Source of the DNA: Vicugna vicugna | Taxonomy: Eukaryota | Direction: 5' to 3' | NCBI GenBank assembly: GCA_013265495.1 | Contig: MU061698.1 | Span: 2,618,068-2,682,067 of the forward strand | DNA: 64,000 nt | Shown: piece by piece, positions 1 to 11,500 of the stretch | Layout of the letters: every line of letters starts with the position of its first letter | Numbering within the stretch: position 1 is the first letter of the stretch | Program-made: the position numbers and the translations under genes | Notes under the pieces: model-generated | What the model saw: the letters and a program-made list of their open reading frames with translations, nothing else | Told to the model about the DNA's origin: nothing | The model's database searches: none

Positions 1-399
1 AAGTAAGAGGACTGATGGGTGTAAAAGTGGTCGAGCCCGCTGTGCCTGCTGGAGGCAACCATCGGAGGGCGGTTTCTACCCTCCCGCAGCGGCCTCGTCC
101 TTCCTGACGATTACAGAGGGCTGGCTTCCACTTCCTTGGGAAAGACACTCAGGTTGGAGAAATATATAAATATATAGAGATATCTATATATCTATATATA
201 GATATCTCAAAAGGACAGAGGAAGAATTTGCAATTGTAAGCTTTTCAAAGTAAATTCTCCAAGAAAGAGGAGGTCAGGGGCCTACTGGCAGGTATCGGCC
301 AGAACAAACAGTTAAGTCATTTTCATAGCTTTGAGCTTGTGCAGACAGGAACTCAAAGTTTTCCCCGGGATGTACCCTCAGGCCGCCAGCAGCCGTGCT

Positions 400-960
400 A
401 GGGTTGGTCAAGTCTCTTAGTGCTGCGATTTGGAAGGAGCTCCGAGCCCGAGTTCTTTTGTAGTCCTCAGCATGCCAGACAGGAGGGCAGGTGGCAGCGT
501 ACACACAGAGGAGTGAGTACGGAGGCCGGAGAAGTGAGTAGGTACGTTCTGTTTGGGAATGGCACATGGTGTAGCGGCCAGTGTGTCGGAGGAGGGGGAG
601 GAGATGAGTAGGGAAAGATAACCTAGAGTCTTCAAGGTCATGCTGAGGAATTTGGATTGAATCCTGGGCCAAGACAGTTAAGCAACGTGGTCCAATTTTT
701 GCCTTGGAAATAGGCTGGCCTCCGTGGAAGAGGGTTGGTGCGGTGTTAGGTTCAGAAAGACTGAAACAGAGAGATACATGGTGACTGGTGATTTCCTAAA
801 CGGATGAAAGAAGCATGGACAAAGTGAAGGAGAGAGGATTTGAGAAGGAGGGGACAGCATACGGGGAGTCATTAGATAAGGAAAGAAGAGGGAGGGATTT
901 GGGACAAAATTGAGGTTTGAACCCTGCATAACCCAAAGGACATGGCAGACTGCTGACATG
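400..960 (-). mobile_element. L2 fragment
   Basis: Purine-rich antisense L2 phrasing (gtcttcaaggtcatgctgaggaatttggattgaatcct). Boundaries approximate. Confidence 0.5.
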
Positions 961-1789
961 ACCATGCTGTGTTTGTTTCTTCCTTTTTCTGATTTACCAG
1001 GCTCATTCCCTTCGTAAGAGAGCTGGGAGGAAGGAAGCCGTCTGACCTATTTAGGAATCCTGTTTGTGATACTTCACGCAGAATTGTCTGCCGTTGTTAG
1101 TTTCACGTCATCAGAGGGAAGTAATGAATATTTTATTTATCGCCCGAGTGTAATAGCCAAGGCAGAAAGAAGTGAAATGCTTTGCTTTGGACATGAATCT
1201 GGGGTGAAAATGAAAGAAGATCAATTTAATTCCATTGGGTAATAATTCACCCAGGGTCTGTAATGTGCCAGGCTGTGCTAGATACTTCGGGGGCATCTAA
1301 ATTAATAAGACCATGTCCTTCCCAGAAAAATCATGATGAGTGTCACGGATGGTCATGCCAGCAGTCTGCCACGTCCTCTGGGTCACACAGGGTGTGCAGA
1401 CATGCACATAACGAGGAACGGTGGTATGCTAGTTTGCACTGTAATGGGAATACAGAGGACAGGAGTAGTCAGTTTTAATAAAGAAAGAGCTTACGGAAGA
1501 AAAAGTTTTTGTAGAAGATGCCAAGGGCAGAGAAGTGTGGGAAGAGAGAGGGGAAGTGTCCTCTAAGTGCATGGCCCTTATGGGGAGCTCTGCTCCCCAT
1601 TTCCCATTTGTCCTTAGCCTACTTCTAGGATTTCATATAAAAAGGGTGGATAAGTACAGGGGCTTCTCTTGGCCTTCCTTTAAGGCAGCTTTAAGGTCGT
1701 TAAGGCTGTACTGAGCACTTGACTCTGCACTGGAGCGGAAAAAGGAGTTACAGAAAGCATTTCTTCCCTTTCCGTCTCTTTTAACTATT

Positions 1790-4510
1790 ACATCATGAAA
1801 TACATGATACACAATGCCAACTATAATTTATAGTAGTAAAATGGACGCCTATGAACCTACAATCCAGCTAAAGAAATCTAATATTCGTATTAGATTAACA
1901 TTAATAACAGCTCTGTCATGTCTTTCACCCATCACACCTCCCTCCTTTTGTCCTGCCTCCACAGGATGTATTTCTATTTCTATATCTGTATAGATAGGTA
2001 TGGCTGTATATGTATCTCCTTAGCATAATTGATTGTGCTTGTTTTAAACTTTTCTACAAATGCTATGATAGGAATATATCTATGCTTTTATGACTTTCTT
2101 TCTTCTAATTATGTTTCTGAGAATTGACCATATAGATTTATTCAACAGTAGTGGATTCATTTCACTGTTATACATTATCCTGGTGCAGACAGACTCTTAT
2201 TTACTTAGCAGTTCTCCTTGGATGGGCATTTGTGTTATCTGCAGCTTTTGGCTGTTACTCACAGGACAACTCTGTGCATCTTGGTACAAGCCTTTGGGAC
2301 ACGTGGGCAGGAGCAGAATTGCTGGTCGTTGGATTGCCACATCTTCATCTTTATTAGATAATGCTAATTTATTTTCCAGAGTGATTTTAGCTATTTATAC
2401 TTCCTCTGATATTGTATAGAAATACCACTGCTCCACATCATCTCCAGTACTTGACATCATCAGCCTTTTAGATTTTTGCTGCTGCTGTTGGTGTGAAATG
2501 GTAACCCACACTGGTTTTCATCTGCATTTCCCTAAGGACGAATGTAATTGTTCTTTCATAGGTCAATTGGCCCTTTGTATTTTCTCTTCCCTAAAATGTC
2601 TGTTCGTGCGCCCATTTTTCTATTGAGTTTTCTTTTTCTTAAAAATTCTTTGTTATATTCTGGAGAGTAATCTTCTGTCTTTTTATGTCTGGCAAGTAGC
2701 TTTTCCCAGCTTGAAGCTATTATGAGTCTTTTGATTAACTCCATTTCTTAATTTTAATGGCATTTAAATTATTAATTATTTTATTTACAGCTTTAATGTT
2801 TTTTATTTGGTTCAAGAAATCCTTTGTAACCTAAAGGTCATGATCGTTTTAAATAGGTCTTAAAGTTTTGTCTTTAAGAAGTCAGGCACTGGGTGTTATA
2901 TTTTTCCACATGAAAACCAGTTATTCCAGCATCTCCCCTTGCCACAGTGATCTGCAATATCATTTATGTCATATATTGTTACTGTAAATGAATGGTCTTA
3001 TTTTAGGTTCTCAGCTGTCGTCCATTTAGATTATATATGTCTTTTTTTTTAATACAAATAATACACTGCCTTTATTACTGTAGCTTTATAGAAAGTCATA
3101 TCTGGTAAAGAAAATTACCCTTCCTTATTCTTTAAAAATTTATTGGGTATTTTGGGTAGGGTATTTCCTAGTAAGTTTTAGAATCAATTTGCCAAAGTCC
3201 ATAAACTTAGATTAGTATTCTATTAAATCTGTGAATCAATTTAGGAAGAATTTACATTTTTATGACATTATTTCCCTATCTTTGAAGATGGTATATCTTT
3301 CCACTTACTTAGATCTACGTTAATATCTTTCAGTGAAGTTCTGTGGTTTTCCTCATTAAGGTATTTTATATTTTATAAAAGATATTCTTAGGTACTTTAC
3401 TTTTTTTGTCACCATTATATATGGTTTGTTAAAAATACATTATCAAACTCTTTGTGGCTATTGCACAGAAGTAAGATGCAATTACGGTATATTAATGTTA
3501 TATCCAGCAAACCTGCTAAACTTAATTTTTATTTTTTTTAAATTATACTTGATGTACAATACTGTGTTAGTTTTAGGTGTACAGCATGGTGATTTGGCAA
3601 TCAGATGCATTAAGAAATGATCACCACAATAAGTCCAGTAACCATCTGTCACTATACGAAGTTACCAGGGTATTATTATTTTTTATGCTGTATGTTACTG
3701 TGCCTTACTTTGTAACTGGAAGTTTGTACCTCTTGGTCCCCTTCATTTATTTCACCCAACACCCACTCCCTCCCCTCTTGCCATCACCAATTTGCTCGAT
3801 CTATAAGTCTGTGTAATGTTAATTATTGGTGTGTTATATTTGGGTTTCTGTGTATAGTTTTCTGTGGTTATATCATCTATGAGCAATGGCAGTTTGGTTT
3901 CTTGCATTCTTTTCTTTGTATCTTTTATTCATGTTTCTGTTATAACCGTACTGGTTGGAATCTTCAGTGCAAAGTTGAATGGAAGTGTTGACAGCGGGTA
4001 TCCTCTTGTTTACGATTTGAAATAATTACTTCTAAGGTTTCACTACGTGGAGCCGCTTTTGCATAGGTAGACTTTGGTCAAGGAAGTCTCTTTCTATTCC
4101 TAGTTTGCTAAGGGGTTGCTCTTTTATGAATGTTTTACTGTGTTACACTCTTTTCCTACATCTATTAGGAAATTATGATCATAATGTTTTTCCATTTTGT
4201 TTTGTGAAAGTGGTGAATTAATCAACGTTCTCATGTTTAGCTTCTCCCATATTCCTGGGATAAACTATAAACTCAGCTTCTTTGAGATTGAACTGTATGG
4301 TTACCAGTGTCTTTGCTTACCATTTCTTGTTGCATCACCAATGTTCCTTCCTGGTTCATTTTCTTTCCTCCTGACATGTATCTTTTAGAATTCCTTTTAG
4401 TTAGGGCCTATGGACATTAAGCCCTTTCGGCTTTTGTTCATTTTTTAAATGTCTTTCTTTTTCTTAGACATGGAAATTGTAGATAAAATTCTTTTCCTAC
4501 TGTCTTCCAC
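1790..4510 (-). mobile_element. Old L1 (L1M/L1ME-type) fragment, ~2.7 kb
   Basis: T-rich strand with typical antisense L1M phrases (e.g. ttgacatcatcagcctttta, aatcaatttgccaaagtcc, ttcagtgcaaagttgaatggaagtg). Subfamily not assignable by eye. Confidence 0.7.
3525..3813 (-). mobile_element. Younger L1 3' end nested inside the old L1
   Basis: T-run followed by the typical L1 terminus (tgatgtacaatactgtgttagttttaggtgtacagcat ... ttgtaactggaagtttgtacctctt). Confidence 0.75.
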
Positions 4511-4529
4511 ATTATTAAAGTTGTCAGTA

Positions 4530-4640
4530 TGATAGCGCAGGACTGGGAGTCAGCCCTGGACACAAGGTCCAGCCTTGTAATTAAATTATATTGTGACCTT
4601 AGGCGAATCCTTTCCTATCTCTGGGACTTAGTGTTTCCTC
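4530..4640 (+). mobile_element. MIR
   Basis: tgtgaccttaggcgaatcctttcctatctctgggacttagtgtttcctc (MIR core). Confidence 0.6.
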
Positions 4641-5861
4641 ACAAAATCAGAGAACATGCTAAGGACCCTCGAGCTCTCACATTTGACGAACAGGGGCAAA
4701 TACGTGTATGTACAGTGTTAAAATATGGAGTAGTGGGGGAGGCAAAGAACATAAAGTGAGTAACCTGAGAAAATAAGAGAAAGGAAAGCCAAGGGGGCAT
4801 GTTACATGCTCTTCTTTGTGTAAAACTTTCTGGCACGAATTCCCCGCACCCCAGCGACGCTCCTCTCATCTGTTACTTCAGAGATGCCCTTTGTGTGCAC
4901 CTGGCACCTTTGAAAATGGCAGCGCCTCACAGAGCTCTGGCCCCTGGGCTCTCAGACCCTTCGGCATTAGTAGGCCGAAACGTGAGGCTGGAGAGCCAAC
5001 CCAAAGCCTAAGTGGGAAGGAGAAGGCTCTCCTTTCCTGAACGTCACGGAAGGAGTTTCGTGTTCTCTCTACTGCTAGTCACTCTTGAGTCAGACTAGGC
5101 TGGGGGTCGGGGTACTGGTTTCTCTTGCAGACCTCTTCCTTTAAAAAAGGGGAAAAAAATATGTATGGTCATTTGGGTTGTTACCTTTATTTCTCACATT
5201 CTTAACACTTTCATCTGTAAAATGAGGGTAAACTCATTCCAGATCACAGGGCTATTAATAGTAAGCAGTGAAGCCTTTAAAAAATGCTGAGTTACACTCT
5301 CCCATGTGTCTGATTCTTCCTTTCTTCTTCCCAGTTATTTGCATCCATACCATCAGCTCTACTAGACTACAGACTTCTTGAAAGCAGGAGCGATGTCTGA
5401 TTTATATCCATCTCCTTCAAGATGCCTAGCACAGAGCAGAGTCTCAGTGTCGGAAAAGTATGCATAGCACTGATGGAGTAAAAGTGCAAAAAGTCAACCA
5501 GCTGTTAGCGCTGCAGGTGGAGAATCCCTCATTCCTACCCCCACCCCTCACAGGAACTGACTGACTTGGATCCGACTTTAAAAGGGAAAAGTTCTTCCCC
5601 TGAAAGGTTAAGACAAAGAGTGGTCAAGTAATTCTAGAACACGTCTAACTTGAAGGTCTGTGCTCAAGAGTGGAGAAGAGTAGGTGTTTCGTACGCTTGT
5701 TGGCATCACATTTGCTTTGAGAGACGTTCCCTCTCTCAGGAGAACATATGGAAAGCAATGAGGTAAAAAAAATGAATCACAGTAAAAGAGGCTGGAAGGA
5801 AGGAGGCGGGAGCTGTCCCACTCAGAAAGAATTCCACACGCAGGCAAGTAAACGTAGTGAG

Positions 5862-5946
5862 TTTATTGGATTTCTAAATATAATGACGTAGTTGCGATTC
5901 TTTAACAGAAAAAAAGGAATATAATTTTCATATTTATTCTTATACA
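5862..5946 (-). terminator. Distal polyadenylation signal cluster
   Basis: Sense-strand AATAAA at 5933-5938 and 5862-5867, UGUA at 5943-5946 just upstream, and GU/U-rich sequence (gcgtgtggaattctttctg) downstream of the second hexamer. Confidence 0.65.
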
Positions 5947-7836
5947 GCGTTGGAAAAACATAATTGATAGAAAAAACTGATAGAAAGTAAATAGAGACGT
6001 GATTTAATATAGTTGGTAATGTATAAATACAAAAGAAAATACCCAAATCACTTGCTTATAACAGGTTCTATTCTCTTACCAGGAGGCCTATTTTGGGTAG
6101 ATCAGTGATGGTTCATGATGTAGTGGCGAAATGCAATTTGCTAAGAATAAAAAAGAGAAATCTGTGTTCTGGGAATACCATGGCCCTGCCAGTCGCACAC
6201 ACATGAAAAAAGGCATATTCCGTGTATGTTTTTTGTGTGGCTTTCTCTAAGTCAAAGAATGTCACTCAGACCAGCAGCTGATCATGGCGGGGCTATGCCT
6301 GTACTTAGGAGGAAGTTCTTGCTCTTTGACACATTTAATACAGAGAAAACCTGGCTTCTCCTCTTCTCCCCCTTCTCCTTGATCTATCCACTTATAAATA
6401 CCATTTAACATTTAACGTAAAACTCTCTCATAGTCACGATCAGACTGAAACCTGGAGCAAAGCCATGCGATGCTCTTTCCCGGTCCATCTTGGATCCAAG
6501 GAGGAAAAACTGTGTGGGAAAAACTCTGTGTGTCCTGATGCCCCTTCTGATATCACATAGAGATTTTTGAGCTCTTATCTAACACTAACATCTCTCTAAA
6601 AAGTAGAAATTGACTAGTATCGAAATCGCATAAGGTAAGAACAGAACAAGAACATCAACAGGAAGATTGGACAGATTTTGTGAAGAGTATCACTGTCTCC
6701 AAGGAGACAAATGGTCTCATAACATGACAACTCAGAGAAGGCGGTCCATCTTCTTGAAATTAATGAAACAGTGACCCCCCCCCCAGTTTAAGTAGTGGAG
6801 ATCCTGAGATGGCAAACAGAAGGAGGCTGCCTGCAACGGCATAGAAAGCATCTTCCACCCCTTATCCTCCTTCCCTTCCATTTGGTGAAACTGGGTGAGA
6901 CAGGAGACAACTTTACGACCAAGAGGATGCCAAGAGCTTCCTTGGAAACAGGCTAACTGGAGGTATCTTGCTTTCCCAAAGCAGAGGCGGAACCAAGTGA
7001 ACATGGAGCCAACTGACTTAGAAGGGAAGAGAGCGACTTGGCAAGTGGGATTTGCCAGCTGGTTGAGTCAGACGACACATTGAGAAAGATCTTTTCTGGA
7101 AGCACGTCCTCCCTTCAACCCTTTTCCTAAAATCACACACCGTCCACCTCGTCCCACTTACTGGAGCCCTCTCCCACTGCCGCAGCTGGGGGAGAATCCG
7201 TCTTCCTAGGCTGTGCTCCTGCTCCACGGACAAGAGCTGCAGCCACGGTGCCAGGGATAGACCATGGAAACAAAAGCCATTAGACAACACGTGCTACTAT
7301 TTTGAAGAATCAAAGTAGAGAGATGCTCTCAGGATCTGGCAAGGGCATCTGGCCCCCTAAGCCTCCAATTCTCAGAGCCAAGACTTTAGTTTTCACTGAC
7401 GTTAGCCTGAGAGAGGAAAGGGGAAGCGATGTGCCGACATGCTAAACCCACCAATGCTTAGTTTATAAAACACGCATATGACACATATCCTAATACAGAT
7501 CCTGGCTCATTAATTCTCTTCGACAATTCTTTTTCCTGACTGAATGTTCCAATTCCAGAAAGCACATATTCCCTTGAGGGAGAGGACAGGAAGCCTCAGC
7601 GCTGTGCCACCATCCAGGAGGATATAAATACAAAGTGGCTGTATCAGCAAGGGATGCGCAGGGAATGAGCTTGCAGTCTGTTCCACGGTGCCACTCGGGA
7701 GGCGATACTGGAAATGAGTGACTTTCTTCCCTTTGGCAAGGCTTCCTTATCTTAGCACCTACTCCTTTCGATGGTGTGTTTTTGAAGGCTTCACGGTCTG
7801 ACTCTGGGTGCCGTGTGTACAGACTTATGTAGGAAT

Positions 7837-8103
7837 NNNNNNNNNNNNNNNNNNNNNNNNNNNNNNNNNNNNNNNNNNNNNNNNNNNNNNNNNNNNNNNN
7901 NNNNNNNNNNNNNNNNNNNNNNNNNNNNNNNNNNNNNNNNNNNNNNNNNNNNNNNNNNNNNNNNNNNNNNNNNNNNNNNNNNNNNNNNNNNNNNNNNNNN
8001 NNNNNNNNNNNNNNNNNNNNNNNNNNNNNNNNNNNNNNNNNNNNNNNNNNNNNNNNNNNNNNNNNNNNNNNNNNNNNNNNNNNNNNNNNNNNNNNNNNNN
8101 NNN
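7837..8103. other. Assembly gap (267 N)
   Basis: N run inside the putative 3'UTR. Confidence 0.99.
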
Positions 8104-9718
8104 AGGAGAAAAGCCTGTGACAAAGCCATGAAATAAAAGCTGGTGTGTGCGGCTCAGAGAAAATTACCATCCTCAGGCTCTGTGTCTTTGTGCCACGTCT
8201 ACTTGACGGCACAGAGTTGCTACCCAGAAAGTTCTTCCTTTTCCCTTCCTTTTTTGAGGGGGCGCGTCTCATAATCCCAGCAGAGAAAGAGCCAGCCCCA
8301 AATCTGCAAAACTAACAATAAAGGTGAAATTTAAAAGGCAAAACAAAAAATGGAGTAATTAGTTGCATAGGTAACATAGTAAAATTCCCACCCTACATCC
8401 AGAGGTGACACTTTTGCATCTAGTTAGAATCTTTGCTTAAGGCACATGAGATCACGTAATTTTTTTAATGCTAAATAATCAGACAATCGATGTCATCCTT
8501 AATTCTGTTTGCTCTTTCATCTGCTTCCTGAACACGAATGAGGACTAATTCAGAGATTGGGGAGGTGTGCGTTCTCACTTTAAGAAGAAATAATTCTTGG
8601 ATCATTTGTTCATCAGCTTTCCCAACAGAATAAACGGGTACTGAAAGGAAGAAAGTCATTTCACCACGGCTTTGCGACTGCTTCGTTATAAACTGTTGGT
8701 GGGTGATGAGACTTAGCTTCCAGGGCCCTAAATATCCTTCATCAAGGATACAGCTCAGTTCAGATATTTCAGTTGAGTAAGAAGGCTGGCACAGTCTACA
8801 CCAGTTCTGATCTGCCACCTTGTGAGGAGAGTCCAAGGCACTTTGACACTTCCTGGCACGCTCACCCGGACAGGCTGATGGAGTGGCATTCGCCTACACA
8901 CTCAGCACAAGGTGTACAGGCCTAGTAAAATGCAAACACTGCCCAAGTATCAACTCGCCTTTTACTGTTTGAAAGTTAAAATATGAGGCCATTCCTATTG
9001 TTGGCATGTAAATGATAAAATCTCTTCCTCTCAAAGTCTGTATTTGAAGGAATGAGACATGTTGGCAGATACATCACAACCTGGCTGAGCTCTTCTACTT
9101 CTGGTTTATAATTACTAAGTGATCATCACTGTCACCCAAAGAGAAAGAGAGATCAAAAGGAACTGGGTTTTTTTTTTTTTCCCTTTAGATTTGTCTCCAA
9201 GAAAAAAAAAAAACAGGAGAAATATATCCAAGAAAAGCTACTTCGCCCTCTTTTGCATTTTCTAAATGACGTCAGAAATGGAGTGAAATAATTTGGCGTG
9301 GAAAGACATTCAGGCTTAATATTTACTCCCTCGTGATGGAGGGAAAGGAGTCCAAAAAGCAACGATTTTTCTTACGCCTCAGTCTGAAGCGAAGCAGACC
9401 CCGAACAAAGTGGCGACACGATGCATCAACACTAATCGCCCAGGAATAATCCTTTATCCTTTTCCCAACAGATAGAAATGTAAAGAGAGAATCAAGCAGG
9501 AGGGATAAATACCTTCGTTTCCACCCCCACCTCAAATTGCTCTGGCATATTTTAAGAGATAAATGGAGCCATACAAAATTTAAATAGCTTTTTCTTTTCT
9601 TTTTTGGCAGCCACAAAAATGGGTCAGGTCTAGAAATTATTAGTTTCTTGGCCTGAAAAATCCAAGTGTTTTAAAATAAGATTTCCTTTTTGAAAGATCA
9701 GCTCTCTTGGAAGATGCC

Positions 9719-9786
9719 TGTGTGTGTATGTGTGTGAGTTTGTGTGTGTGCGTGCACGTGTGGGCACTCACGTGCATGGGTGTGTA
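9719..9786. repeat. Imperfect (TG)n tract in the 3'UTR (CA-rich on the sense strand)
   Basis: Read directly; contains two CACGTG (9755-9760 and 9769-9774). Confidence 0.85.
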
Positions 9787-9915
9787 TTTTGAAGACAGCA
9801 CTGTGGTATTTTCCCTAAGTAGGAGGGGGGCAATGTTGTGTAGAATGGAGAAAGGAAAAAAAAAAGAGTAATTTCTTTTATACTATGTAAATATAAGCCA
9901 GAGTTTATGGCGCCT

Positions 9916-9968
9916 TTTATTTTTTATTTAAAGGGCTGCTTTTTCATATTCACAGCCTCACATTTATT
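9916..9968 (-). terminator. Candidate alternative polyadenylation signal cluster
   Basis: Three sense-strand AATAAA (9963-9968, 9923-9928, 9916-9921) followed by a U-rich tract (plus-strand A-run near 9853-9870). Confidence 0.45.
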
Positions 9969-11374
9969 CCAACAAGACATCACAGGTTCCAGCCAAGTGA
10001 GTCTCTGACTCAGGAGTACTCACCTAGATAATTCTGAAAATTTCTCAAAATGCTGCCTCTACTAAGCCACTCCTGTGCTGGGGGTACGCCATTTCTTCCA
10101 CAGGAATCATTTTCCGCTCTGTCAATCATAACATTCATTAAACCTCACGGGAAGATGCAGCACCTTTCCAGGGTCTGAATGTTGCCAGCTCAGCCAGGGC
10201 TACTCCCTAGTTGGCCCCACCGGCACCTCCTGTATTTCCCAGGTGTGAAGATTGGAGAGGGGTGAGAGGCCATCTGTTATTCAACCTGCCCCTCGTGAAT
10301 CCCAGGGAAATTAAGCAGGTGGATGATGAGACCTCCATGATGGATGGTGGATCTAGGAAGGGAAAATGCCTAGAAAGCTTAATAGGTAAGATCATCTTAA
10401 AGGTTCCCTGCAGTAGATTTGACTCAGATAAAGAAATACTATTTATCAGTTAGCAGATTTTAACTTAAAGCCAAACAACTATAAGGAGACATGGGGAGGA
10501 AATACAACCCCAAGTGCACACATCAAAAGTCACAGCTTCCTGAGGCGTGCAGCTCAAGGGAAGGACCGCCCAGCTGTGGACCTGCCACGTGGAACGGGCT
10601 CTAGAATAACATGCTCAGGCTTCCAAGTCAGTCCGCTGGGAACGCGCAGTACCAGACTCCCCGTGATAAGCACACACAAATCACAGAACGACAACAGCTG
10701 GGGAAGCCAGGCTATCGAATGGCAAAAGCCAAGTCACAGGACTGCAACGAGTCCCAGGGCATTTGTTCACAGGCATCTCGAGGTCAGGGTCGGTCGGTCG
10801 GCTCGATCATGCCTGATGCTGTCATATTCTTGGTGGGCCTCGAATAAGCGTGGCCGGAGAGAGAATCTGCGCTGTTTACCCACAGTGGTTCCTGCCTCTG
10901 TGGGGCACACACCCTGGCCCACCGGAGACAGGCTTGTCTGAAGGGTCACGTCACCTCCACACTCCACTGAATTCTAAATGATTCGGTCTCGGCTGATATT
11001 CTGAACCTCACATTTCCAGAGAATTTTTCAGTTAATGCAAAGCAAACCACTGTCTCTGGGGAAACTTGCCACACTGAACTTCAGGGCTGCTGTGTGTGCT
11101 CCTAGCAGTGGCCTGTCCTCGCTGACTCCACCGCGCTGCCCATCAGACAGAACACCTGGCAGTTTCCCACAGGATGACACAGAAAAGGAACGCAAGCTCC
11201 AGATGGTCTCGAACACCACGGTGCGCACGTGGCTGTGCCACCCGCCAGCGAAGTGACCTGTGGGGGCACGGGGGTCTGCGAGACGCACACGTTGTGCTCT
11301 TTGTGCCCTGAGAGCCACACCTGCAGAGGGCACGGGAATGCCAAGACCTGGGGGCGTCCCCAAATCTGCCATTT

Positions 11375-11500
11375 ACCAGCTCTATCGCTTTTGGCAAGTC
11401 ACTTAATGATTCTGAGCCTCAGCTTTCTCTTCCAGGATAGGGCTATTAATAACCTTCCTCCCAGGGCTGTTCTACGTGCGAAAGCAGTTTGTAAGCTCTC
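11375..11500 (+). mobile_element. MIR inside the LPP 3'UTR
   Basis: ttggcaagtcacttaatgattctgagcctcagctttctc ... agggctgtt (MIR core). Confidence 0.7.

Noticed and set aside
274-672. 132-aa minus-strand ORF
   Set aside because: Overlaps an L2 relic, with no domain or splice support.
7490-8272. Long ORFs spanning N runs (also near 22 kb and 61 kb)
   Set aside because: Artefacts of translating gaps as X.
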